Virus record (IMG/VR): IMGVR_UViG_3300045988_156465
Direction: 5' to 3' (one strand)
Source: a virus
Length of the DNA stretch: 64,000 nt
Shown: positions 33,319 through 40,897 of the stretch, in pieces
Layout: every line of letters starts with the position of its first letter
Position numbering within the stretch: the stretch's first letter is position 1
Notes under the pieces: model-generated
The model's database searches: none
Told to the model about the DNA's origin: nothing
Seen by the model: only the letters and a program-made list of their open reading frames with translations
Program-made: the position numbers and the translations under genes

Positions 33319-34428
33319 TTACCCAACACATTTTTTACAAGGGGTCAGTCCCATTTTAATAGCATTATCTAAAGTAGTGGGGGAGTAGCTGCCGCCATTG
33401 CAGGAGCTGTTATAGTGATATTTCTTGCCGGTCGGGGTGACGTAAACCGTAACGGAGTTCTGGGACTGTGCCTGACTCTGCTGCTGTGCGGCAATACGTT
33501 CCTGCTCCGCTTTCTCCGCCGCCAGACGTTCTTCCTCTGCCTTCTTTTCGGCTGCGATACGTTCTTCTTCGGCTTTCTTCTCAGCGGCAATGCGTTCCTG
33601 CTCTGCTTTTTCCTTATCAATGACTTGGAAGGTCAGTTCGTTGCTCTTCGCAGAGCCTTTTTTGGCAACCAGTGTAAAGGTGCCTTCCTTTGCCTGCGTA
33701 TGCAGGACAATGCCGTCCTCTGTCTGCTCCACCTTTGCAAGCGTGCCATCGGACAGCTCAAGCGAGAGGTTGGAGGCATCCGCGTCCTTGGGTGTGTATG
33801 TAAAGGAAATCAACTGTTCTTCGTTGATGTCCATGGTGTCCTCATCTGCGGTTAGCTTGATGGTCTCCACATTGGGCGTGGGTATCGTCACGAGGCATCC
33901 GAGTACCGTAAACACCAGAAAGCAGCAGGTGCGAATCATAGATTTTTTCTTCTTCTGTTCATCGGCGAGTGTCTTTCTGGCTTGGAACAGATGGAACAGC
34001 CCAACAAGGAACATAGAAGGGTAGCACAGCTTTTTGCTGATCTGGGTCGCGATGCAGATAACTGCGATATAGATTACCCAACGCAGGATGCTTTTCGGGT
34101 TCATCTTTCCGCCGGGGGTGGGGGAAGAATTATCGGAAACAGGCGGCGTGGGGGTGGTATCTGCGGAAGGATTCTCTGCGGCAAATGCAGTGGATGCCTT
34201 GGCAGAGGTTTTCTTGGCGGTTGCCTTCTTTTTGGATGCGCCCAACTTACTGCTGCTTACATAAGAAATACCCGTCCCCGGGATGCCAACGGATTTTGTG
34301 ACACGCCCTTTGGAATTGAGCGAGACACGCGCCCCCTTTACGCCGGCACTGACACCGATTCCTCTTTTGCTGAGGTTCAGCTTTACGCCGGGGGCGATTT
34401 TAAAACTTTTGCGGAATCTCATTCCCAT
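33319..34428 (-). CDS. membrane protein: DUF4236-like N-terminus, TM helices, Ig-like region, 11-aa charged repeats, Cys-containing C-terminal module
   Basis: MRFRKSFKIAPGVKLNLSKRGIGVSAGVKGARVSL.. (DUF4236 pattern). TM stretch WVIYIAVICIATQI.. and CCFLVFTVLGCLV. C-terminus VYVTPTGKKYHYNSSCNGG..TPCKKC. Confidence 0.75.
   Translation of the reverse strand: MGMRFRKSFKIAPGVKLNLSKRGIGVSAGVKGARVSLNSKGRVTKSVGIPGTGISYVSSSKLGASKKKATAKKTSAKASTAFAAENPSADTTPTPPVSDNSSPTPGGKMNPKSILRWVIYIAVICIATQISKKLCYPSMFLVGLFHLFQARKTLADEQKKKKSMIRTCCFLVFTVLGCLVTIPTPNVETIKLTADEDTMDINEEQLISFTYTPKDADASNLSLELSDGTLAKVEQTEDGIVLHTQAKEGTFTLVAKKGSAKSNELTFQVIDKEKAEQERIAAEKKAEEERIAAEKKAEEERLAAEKAEQERIAAQQQSQAQSQNSVTVYVTPTGKKYHYNSSCNGGSYSPTTLDNAIKMGLTPCKKCVG
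33478..33612 (-). repeat. coding 33-nt repeats (AAEKKAEEERI x about 4)
   Basis: Protein segment EKAEQERIAAEKKAEEERIAAEKKAEEERLAAEKAEQERIAAQQQ. The DNA units GCNGCGATACGTTCTTC..GCYTTCTT are visible. Confidence 0.8.
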
Positions 34429-34554
34429 AAATATGCCCTCCTTTTACATCATTTGACAATGTTTGCATATTGTGATATTTTTGATGTGGAAGGCTGCTTG
34501 GTAAGCGACTTTCTTTTCCCTCTATGGTATTAGCGGTACGGTAGGGGGAGTTTT

Positions 34555-35010
34555 TTATTTTATACAAAATCCGTAATCACAGAAAATAATTGTTTTTCCC
34601 TTATATGTATAGCTGTGACCGTATCTTTTCTTAAAAATTTCTAAGGCTTCCAGCAAAAATTCTTCGGTTACTTCCAAGTACTCTGCAATTTCAAAAAGAT
34701 TGCTGCAGGGATGTTCAGTTGCCTCAAAGACATCCTCAATGGTAAGTATTTTATCAACGGCCCACTTGCGAGCTTTTATCTCCTGTTTTCTGTTTTCTGT
34801 ATTTTTCTGATTCAGAATATTGCCTACAGTTGTATAATAGTGTCCGATTTCTTCTGCCAGAACGCAGGCTTTTTCTGCATCTGACAGGTCTTTGCGGATG
34901 CCTATCTTTTGCCCCTTGCAAAGTCCTTTTGCGTCAGATTCAAACTGAATTTCTTTTACTTCAAGACCTATCATACTTGCATCATGCAGAAGTTTTTCAT
35001 AATTGCACAT
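34555..35010 (-). CDS. ImmA/IrrE-family metallopeptidase
   Basis: The HExxH motif lies in LAEEIGHYYTT. 151 aa, directly downstream of the XRE repressor as in ImmR/ImmA pairs. Confidence 0.8.
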   Translation of the reverse strand: MCNYEKLLHDASMIGLEVKEIQFESDAKGLCKGQKIGIRKDLSDAEKACVLAEEIGHYYTTVGNILNQKNTENRKQEIKARKWAVDKILTIEDVFEATEHPCSNLFEIAEYLEVTEEFLLEALEIFKKRYGHSYTYKGKTIIFCDYGFCIK

Positions 35011-35028
35011 ATAACAGATCCCTCCCTA

Positions 35029-35817
35029 TTAAAATTTATCCAAATCTCGCTCCATTTTCTCTAACTGGTCGCTGCTCTGGTTGTCATTATGCGCGGCAAC
35101 AGGCATAAGGTAATCCGGTTCCGAGGAAACCCCGAGAATTTTATCAACAGCGGGTTGCATATCAGGTTGATTTCGATATGCCCTAATTACTTTTTGTTCA
35201 TGCTTCGTGTAATCCAAAATGAGAGCTGATGGAGCAAGAGGGATTACATTAGTGTTTGCTGCATCAAGAAGATAATAAGTCTGACCTTCGGGAATCCCGG
35301 TAGATTTTCCGTATTCAGAGACAAGAAGGTCGTAAATATCAGAAGGAAGCTTGTTTTTCCAGAACTTCTGATTTAGCAACATGGAAACAAAGGTAGAGTA
35401 AGAAACATGTCGAATATCAAATTTGCAATTTTCTATGCTTCTGGAATAATACGCTTTAAAAATTTGTTCTGCTGCATTAAGTTTTTGTGGAACGTTGGAC
35501 AGGGAGGAGGAAAGAACTTCATTAGCTGAAGCTTTCATTTCTTCTCTCTCTATGTAATCGTAATAGAATTCAAATTTATCTTCTGTACTGGGCAGACTAA
35601 GAGCGGATAAAATTTCAAAACTAATATCCAAAGCTTTTGCAATTTTTTCTACAGTTTCAGTTGTAACACGAACTTGCTTTCCAGTACGAAAATCCATACC
35701 TTTTTCAATGCTATCAATATGCGTATGACTCAACTCACATTTTTCAGCAAATTTTCTAAGGGAAAGACCTAAAGCATCTCTTTTTCGGTGGATATAATTT
35801 CCCAGAATGTTGTGCAT
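35029..35817 (-). CDS. cI/ImmR-like XRE repressor with long C-terminal domain
   Basis: GGAGGTG lies 7 nt before the ATG at 35817. The HTH is LGLSLRKFAEKCELSHTHIDSIEKG. The longer ORF-track N-terminal extension lacks an RBS. Confidence 0.75.
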   Translation of the reverse strand: MHNILGNYIHRKRDALGLSLRKFAEKCELSHTHIDSIEKGMDFRTGKQVRVTTETVEKIAKALDISFEILSALSLPSTEDKFEFYYDYIEREEMKASANEVLSSSLSNVPQKLNAAEQIFKAYYSRSIENCKFDIRHVSYSTFVSMLLNQKFWKNKLPSDIYDLLVSEYGKSTGIPEGQTYYLLDAANTNVIPLAPSALILDYTKHEQKVIRAYRNQPDMQPAVDKILGVSSEPDYLMPVAAHNDNQSSDQLEKMERDLDKF

Positions 35818-35954
35818 AAAAAACACCTCCGTACACAGATTGTAAATCACGAACAACAAAAAGTAAATAGAAATATACAGGAATTCCTGTTGTTTATGAT
35901 TGACAAAATGAAAAATGTATTGTAATATGAAAACAACAGGAAGGAGGACGATGA

Positions 35955-36167
35955 ATGAATAACAGGCTAAAAGTTTTACGCGCAGAAAAAAATATAACAC
36001 AGGATGAACTGGCAAATTTGTGCGGTATTTCAAGGACTACAGTAAACAGTATTGAAACGGGCAAGGTGATCCCAAACGGAGATACAATGTTGAAATTATC
36101 AAAAGCACTAGGGGAGCCAATTGAAAAAATTTTTTTAGATTTTGCGTTGTGTAAAAACAACAAATAA
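35955..36167 (+). CDS. Cro-like XRE regulator
   Basis: NNRLKVLRAEKNITQDELANLCGISRTTVNSIETGK. Divergent from the repressor. Confidence 0.8.
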   Translation: MNNRLKVLRAEKNITQDELANLCGISRTTVNSIETGKVIPNGDTMLKLSKALGEPIEKIFLDFALCKNNK

Positions 36168-36195
36168 AGGTGCAAGCGAAAGGGAGGTGAGGTAA

Positions 36196-36441
36196 GTGGA
36201 AACAAAATTGCGTCATCTGCTTAGGCAAAGAAATATCACTGTCAAACAGGCAGCCAAGGAATTGGGGATAAAAAGAGAAACTTTACAGAGAAAACTTTCG
36301 GGACAATATCCATTTTATCTGCGAGAGGCAGTCGCTTTACATAGACTGTATTTTTCGGATTTAGATTTCCTTGAGATTTTCTATGAATATGGAAAAGAGC
36401 AAGGCGTTAGGGTACCTTGCTCAGCTGGTGAGGTTATTTAG
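36196..36441 (+). CDS. HTH DNA-binding protein
   Basis: GTG start after AGGGAGGTGAGG. RNITVKQAAKELGIKRETLQRKLSG. Confidence 0.6.
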   Translation: METKLRHLLRQRNITVKQAAKELGIKRETLQRKLSGQYPFYLREAVALHRLYFSDLDFLEIFYEYGKEQGVRVPCSAGEVI

Positions 36442-36565
36442 TTTTTTTAGTTTGTGCCAAGGCACTGCCTGCAACGCTTTTAGAAGCCTTGCTGTATCTG
36501 CCGTCTTTCAGAATTTTAGATGCTGTGGAAGCGACAGATTTACTTGTCTGCTTGGTATTTGCCAT
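36434..36565 (-). CDS. 43-aa basic Ser/Lys/Ala-rich protein on the opposite strand
   Basis: Read by eye: MANTKQTSKSVASTASKILKDGRYSKASKSVAGSALAQTKKTK. G8-TGAG RBS. Its own promoter TTGTAT-17-TATAAT lies on the minus strand (-10 at 36606-36611). Confidence 0.5.
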   Translation of the reverse strand: MANTKQTSKSVASTASKILKDGRYSKASKSVAGSALAQTKKTK

Positions 36566-36829
36566 GAATCTCACCCCCCCCTTTTTTTATGATATGTGAC
36601 GATTATATCACATTTTATGGAAAGATACAACATATTGATTGAAAGTATTTTTGTTAACAATATATTGTATGTGTTTTAATGAAAAGACAAAATTTTCAGC
36701 AGATGGTTGCTATAGAATACACATGGGTGTGATTTTTCATGTGTTGCTGTTTTTTAATTAACAAAGAAAGTGAATAGACTGAAAATGTCAAGCAAAGTGA
36801 AAAAGAGGTCGCTAAAAGGAGGTGTTCTT

Positions 36830-37057
36830 ATGGAGCCGATGCTTTATACAGTAAAGGAAGTTGCACAAATTTTGAAATGCAACCCTACCAGAGTGTACGG
36901 ATTGAAGGATGCGGGGCTGCTGCCGTTTCTGAAGCTGGGGCAGTTGAAATGTCGCAGAGAAGCGGTGGAGGAATTCCTGCGGAAGTATGAGGGCTACGAT
37001 GTGTCCGACCCGAACAACATCATCCCTCTGGAACAGGGAGAGGAGGTGAAACCATGA
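36830..37057 (+). CDS. excisionase-family/MerR-like HTH protein
   Basis: AAAGGAGGTG RBS. MLYTVKEVAQILKCNPTRVYGLKDAGLLPFLKLG. Confidence 0.6.
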   Translation: MEPMLYTVKEVAQILKCNPTRVYGLKDAGLLPFLKLGQLKCRREAVEEFLRKYEGYDVSDPNNIIPLEQGEEVKP

Positions 37058-37263
37058 GAAACTGGAAACGGACGTTTTTCTACATTCGCCGGGGGCTGCT
37101 GCGTTGGGCGGTGGTATTCTTCGGGACGCTACTGGCGCAGTGCGGCTTAGTATGGGTTCTGGAGAACCCCGACAGCAGGATGATGCTTTATCTGATTTCC
37201 GGCACGGTGATTGCCTTTGCAATCGGTAATGTGTTTTACGGCAGGGAATTGCCTAAGAAATAA
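37054..37263 (+). CDS. small two-TM membrane protein (paralog of 12065..12268 in E1)
   Basis: MRNWKRTFFYIRRGLLRWAVVFFGTLL. ATGA overlap with the upstream gene, as in E1. Confidence 0.65.
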   Translation: MRNWKRTFFYIRRGLLRWAVVFFGTLLAQCGLVWVLENPDSRMMLYLISGTVIAFAIGNVFYGRELPKK

Positions 37264-37348
37264 AAACGTCCCCAGAGGTGTTGGCGCACCGTTTCGGGGA
37301 CTGGATAATTATTCAATTACAGAATAACAGAAACAGGAGGGAAATGCA

Positions 37349-37498
37349 ATGGAAAACTGGACAGGCACGATGCAGATCAACCGTGTGGACGGCGAGCCTT
37401 TGCTGAAAAGCGGAGAATGGCAGTATGACCCTTGGTGGAACTGCTGGTACTTAAACGGGGAGAGCTTCCCTGCGGAGATTTGCAGGAAGGTGTTGTGA
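37349..37498 (+). CDS. 49-aa Trp-rich hypothetical protein
   Basis: AGGAGGG RBS. Product MENWTGTMQINRVDGEPLLKSGEWQYDPWWNCWYLNGESFPAEICRKVL. Confidence 0.45.
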   Translation: MENWTGTMQINRVDGEPLLKSGEWQYDPWWNCWYLNGESFPAEICRKVL

Positions 37499-37776
37499 TG
37501 GCATTTACATACACGGAAGACCCCAGAAAAGAGGAGGAAGCGGAGGAAATCATCCCTGAATGTATCATTTGCGGGAGCAGGAAATGCGAGTATTTCTATT
37601 TTGATAAATGGAGTGAACCGCTTGGCTGCGATGGCTGCATCCAAAGTGTGGAGGTTTACGAAACCGAAGAACGGGTTTGTCCTGTATGCGGTAGTGTGAA
37701 ATGCGACTATTTCTACAAAAAGCATGGTGAAATCATCGGTTGTGACGGTTGCATCAGAAGGGAGGAAGTCTGGTGA
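37498..37776 (+). CDS. double zinc-ribbon protein (motif shared with 12804..12980)
   Basis: CIICGSRKCEYFYFDKWSEPLGCDGCI and CPVCGSVKCDYFYKKHGEIIGCDGCI. Confidence 0.55.
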   Translation: MAFTYTEDPRKEEEAEEIIPECIICGSRKCEYFYFDKWSEPLGCDGCIQSVEVYETEERVCPVCGSVKCDYFYKKHGEIIGCDGCIRREEVW

Positions 37777-37949
37777 ACAGACAGGATTATTTGCAGAAAA
37801 ATTTTGAACTGAGCATGGATCTGCGAGAAACGGAGCGGCAGATTGCAGGGCTGTATAACCGCAAAAAGCAGATTCTTGCGGAAATGGATGCTATCCAAGA
37901 GCAGATGGTTGAGGAAGCAAGAAACGGCACATTGCATAAGGAGGAGTGA
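37773..37949 (+). CDS. coiled-coil hypothetical protein
   Basis: GTGA overlap with AGGGAGGAAG RBS. 58 aa. Confidence 0.45.
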   Translation: MNRQDYLQKNFELSMDLRETERQIAGLYNRKKQILAEMDAIQEQMVEEARNGTLHKEE

Positions 37950-37952
37950 GAA

Positions 37953-38174
37953 ATGCGTGAAACTTTGAAAAAAGCCCGCCAAGCGGCGGGCATGACACAA
38001 CAGCAGGTAGCGGATAAATTAGACATTGGTTTGCGATATTATAAATCTCTGGAAAGCGGCGAAAGGCTCGGAGGAATTGAATTGTGGGATGCCTTAGAAG
38101 ATTTATTCAAAATTCATCAAAGAAAACTCCGTGAGATTTCAGCCACTCATCTCGACCGAGAAGATAATCAATAG
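37953..38174 (+). CDS. XRE-family HTH regulator
   Basis: LKKARQAAGMTQQQVADKLDIGLRYYKSLESGER. Confidence 0.7.
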   Translation: MRETLKKARQAAGMTQQQVADKLDIGLRYYKSLESGERLGGIELWDALEDLFKIHQRKLREISATHLDREDNQ

Positions 38175-38340
38175 AAACATCTAACTTGTCGGCAATTTTG
38201 ATGAGGGCATCAGCGGACGGAAAGCGGTCACCACTTTCATAATTTCTGTAAGCCCTTAATCCCATAGAAAGATAATCTGCCATTTGTTGTGCTGTATATC
38301 CTCTGAATTTGCGAGCAAGATTGAGTCTTTTTGAAAACAA
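38107..38340 (-). CDS. XRE-family HTH regulator (convergent, 68-nt overlap with 37953..38174)
   Basis: RLNLARKFRGYTAQQMADYLSMGLRAYRNYESGDRFPS. Confidence 0.7.
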   Translation of the reverse strand: MFSKRLNLARKFRGYTAQQMADYLSMGLRAYRNYESGDRFPSADALIKIADKLDVSIDYLLGRDEWLKSHGVFFDEF

Positions 38341-38366
38341 AGAAATTCCCCCTTTGAAAAAAATAC

Positions 38367-38417
38367 TTGACAGTGCTCAAATTGTACACTAATATGATTA
38401 TATAGTACAGTGCTCAA
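38367..38417 (+). promoter_or_regulatory. promoter TTGACA-17-TAATAT with duplicated ACAGTGCTCAA operator
   Basis: -35 at 38367-38372 and -10 at 38390-38395. ACAGTGCTCAA at 38370-38380 and 38407-38417. Confidence 0.6.
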
Positions 38418-38444
38418 TATGAACACCACGAAGGAGGAATATAC

Positions 38445-38687
38445 ATGAAAAATGAAATTTTAAAAGTAAGGAATGAGTTTGAAGACCTTATTATGGATGC
38501 AGAAAAACTTTATAGTATTGTGTTCATAAATTGGGATTCATTAGCGAGTGGCACATTTTCTGCAAATAACGAGGTTTATACAAATGCTGCATATGCAATA
38601 GAAGGGCTTATGGCAGATGTCTTAAGAAAGATGAATAATATTCTAAATGAATTGTATGAATCAGGAAAAAACAAAGGAGAAATGTAA
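38445..38687 (+). CDS. hypothetical protein
   Basis: AAGGAGG RBS. 80 aa. Confidence 0.55.
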   Translation: MKNEILKVRNEFEDLIMDAEKLYSIVFINWDSLASGTFSANNEVYTNAAYAIEGLMADVLRKMNNILNELYESGKNKGEM

Positions 38688-39215
38688 ATGGAAGAAATCT
38701 GGAAGCCTGTGGTTGGTTACGAAAAATTTTACGAAGTATCAAATAAGGGAAGAATTAAAAGCCTCCCAAGGATGGTTCACGCAGGACATGGCGTTTATTA
38801 CGAAAAGAAGGGAAGAATTAGAAAACCTGTTTTAAATAAAGGTAATGGATATTATATGCTTTTTCTTGCAGGAAAATTCAATAAAAAATGTGTTTATGTT
38901 CATAGGGTTGTGGCACAAGCTTTTTGCGAGAATCCGAAAAATCTTGAGATAGTTAATCATATCAACGAAGTAAAAACAGATAATAGAGCAGAAAATTTAG
39001 AATGGTGTTCAAAAGAGTACAATAACTCCTTTAACGGAAAAGACCAACGTTCTTGTAAACCAATAATTCAACTTTCTATGGGAGAAGAATACATTGCTAC
39101 ATGGAATGGAGCGAGAGAAGCGGCAAAAAAACTTGGTATTGAATATAAAAATATTTCCGCCGTATGCAGAGGTAAAAGAGATTCTGCTGGCGGTTACAAA
39201 TGGAGGTTTAAATAA
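38688..39215 (+). CDS. HNH homing-type endonuclease (NUMOD4-like N-terminus)
   Basis: EIWKPVVGYEKFYEVSNKGRIKS, VHRVVAQAF...VNHINEVKTDNRAENLEW, and a C-terminal GGYKWRF DNA-binding-like module. Confidence 0.8.
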   Translation: MEEIWKPVVGYEKFYEVSNKGRIKSLPRMVHAGHGVYYEKKGRIRKPVLNKGNGYYMLFLAGKFNKKCVYVHRVVAQAFCENPKNLEIVNHINEVKTDNRAENLEWCSKEYNNSFNGKDQRSCKPIIQLSMGEEYIATWNGAREAAKKLGIEYKNISAVCRGKRDSAGGYKWRFK

Positions 39216-39859
39216 TGGCAAAGCTGATTTGCATTATGGGGGAATCGGGCAGCGGCAAGAGTACGTCCATGCGGAACTTAGACCCTGTGACAACCTATTA
39301 TATCGACTGTGACGGGAAGGGGCTGCCATGGAAGGGGTGGAAGGCGCAGTATAACGAAAAAAACAATAATTACTGCGTGACAAGGGACATTCCGAAAATA
39401 GAGAAATATCTTTTGAGTGTCAATGCAAATGGTACACATATCCAGACGGTAGTGATTGATACGCTGAACACCTGCATGGCGGACAAAGAAGTGAAGGGCA
39501 TGAAGGAAAACGGATATGGCAAATGGATTGACCTGACGCAGTTTGTATGGAATCTGGTCGAAACGGCGAGCAGACTGCGGGAGAATCTGACGGTTATTTT
39601 CGTGATGCACAGTGAAACGGTGCGTGATGATTTCGGTTATGCGTTTACACGGATTCGCACAAACGGCAGGAAGATGGAAAAGCTTGTGTTGGAATCCTTG
39701 TTTAATGTTGTGCTGCTTGCCAAGCGCACCGATGAGGGCAGATATATTTTTGAAACGCAGACCAAAAATAGCACAGCAAAAAGCCCTATGGGGGCATTTG
39801 AAACTTTTGAGATTGAGAATGACATTCAGCAGGTACTGGATGCACTGAAGGATTTTTAA
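39215..39859 (+). CDS. Sak4-like RecA-fold ATPase (AAA_24 type)
   Basis: KLICIMGESGSGKSTS is Walker A and VVIDTL is Walker B. About 210 aa, followed by a DUF669-like gene. Confidence 0.7.
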   Translation: MAKLICIMGESGSGKSTSMRNLDPVTTYYIDCDGKGLPWKGWKAQYNEKNNNYCVTRDIPKIEKYLLSVNANGTHIQTVVIDTLNTCMADKEVKGMKENGYGKWIDLTQFVWNLVETASRLRENLTVIFVMHSETVRDDFGYAFTRIRTNGRKMEKLVLESLFNVVLLAKRTDEGRYIFETQTKNSTAKSPMGAFETFEIENDIQQVLDALKDF

Positions 39860-39871
39860 GGAGGACAAGAA

Positions 39872-40402
39872 ATGAAAAATATCAACTGGAACAGCGTACC
39901 CGACCCTGTGGAGCTGCCGAGACTAACCCCGGGCGGATACGTCTGCAAGATTACGGTAGCGGTGGACGTACCTGAGAAGGAATATCTGAAGCTGGAGTAT
40001 GACATCGCGGAAGGGGAGCACAAGGGACACTGGGATGCGCTCTACAAGGCGAAAGCCTTCTGGGGTGGTACGTTTTACCGTTCCTACAAGGAGAAGGCAC
40101 AGTCCATGTTTAAGGGCTTTCTGACGGCGGTGAAGGAGAGCAACCCCGGCTTTGTATTTGAAAACGAGGAAAAGCGTCTGGAAGGCAAGCTGATCGGGCT
40201 GGTACTGGCGGAGGAGGAATACCGCAAAAATAACGGCAGTGACGGCACAAGACTGTATGTTGCCAACATCCGCAGTGTGGAAAAAATCCGCAAGGGAGAT
40301 TTCATTGTACCGCCCAAAAAGCTTTTGCAGGAAAGCGGCAGTGCAGGCGAGAACGGATTCTATCCCACAAAGGATGTGGAAGATGACGATGTTCCGTTTT
40401 AA
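39872..40402 (+). CDS. DUF669-like protein with SSB-type acidic C-terminal tail
   Basis: 176 aa ending ..YPTKDVEDDDVPF. It holds the position typical of the SSB-like partner of Sak4. Confidence 0.6.
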   Translation: MKNINWNSVPDPVELPRLTPGGYVCKITVAVDVPEKEYLKLEYDIAEGEHKGHWDALYKAKAFWGGTFYRSYKEKAQSMFKGFLTAVKESNPGFVFENEEKRLEGKLIGLVLAEEEYRKNNGSDGTRLYVANIRSVEKIRKGDFIVPPKKLLQESGSAGENGFYPTKDVEDDDVPF

Positions 40403-40414
40403 GGCGGTGATGGG

Positions 40415-40897
40415 ATGATACTTTTGTGCGATACAAGGCAAAAGAAGGGAAAACATGAGGAAAAAGAAAAGTGGTTTGCGGCGCATGACGTAGAGGTGGT
40501 ACGCACAAAGCTGGTGGTAGGGGATTATTCCCTTCCCACCGACCAGAGCGTCTGCATTGATACGAAGGCAGGACTTCTGGAGATCTGCGGCAACGTGACG
40601 CAGCAGCATCGGCGTTTTGTGGAGGAATTAGACCTTGCGAAACGGCTTGGGATTCAGTTGATTATCCTTTGTGAGGAGGACGGGATTGCCGCACTGGAGG
40701 ATGTCAAGCATTGGAGCAATCCACGCCTGTGGCACTCCCCGAAGGCGTTGACGGGGGAAAAGCTGTATAAGATTCTGAAATCCATCGAGGAACGCCATGG
40801 CTGCCATTTTCTGTTCTGCCGGAAGAAGGACGCAGGACAGATGATTGTCAAGCTGCTTGCGGCAGGGAAGGCAATGGACGGTGAGCGTCATGGCTGA
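40415..40897 (+). CDS. ERCC4-type nuclease-like protein
   Basis: ILLCDTRQKKGKH...KLVVGDYSL...VCIDTKAGLLE follows the ERCC4 layout of GDY plus an ERK-like DTK. Confidence 0.55.
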   Translation: MILLCDTRQKKGKHEEKEKWFAAHDVEVVRTKLVVGDYSLPTDQSVCIDTKAGLLEICGNVTQQHRRFVEELDLAKRLGIQLIILCEEDGIAALEDVKHWSNPRLWHSPKALTGEKLYKILKSIEERHGCHFLFCRKKDAGQMIVKLLAAGKAMDGERHG

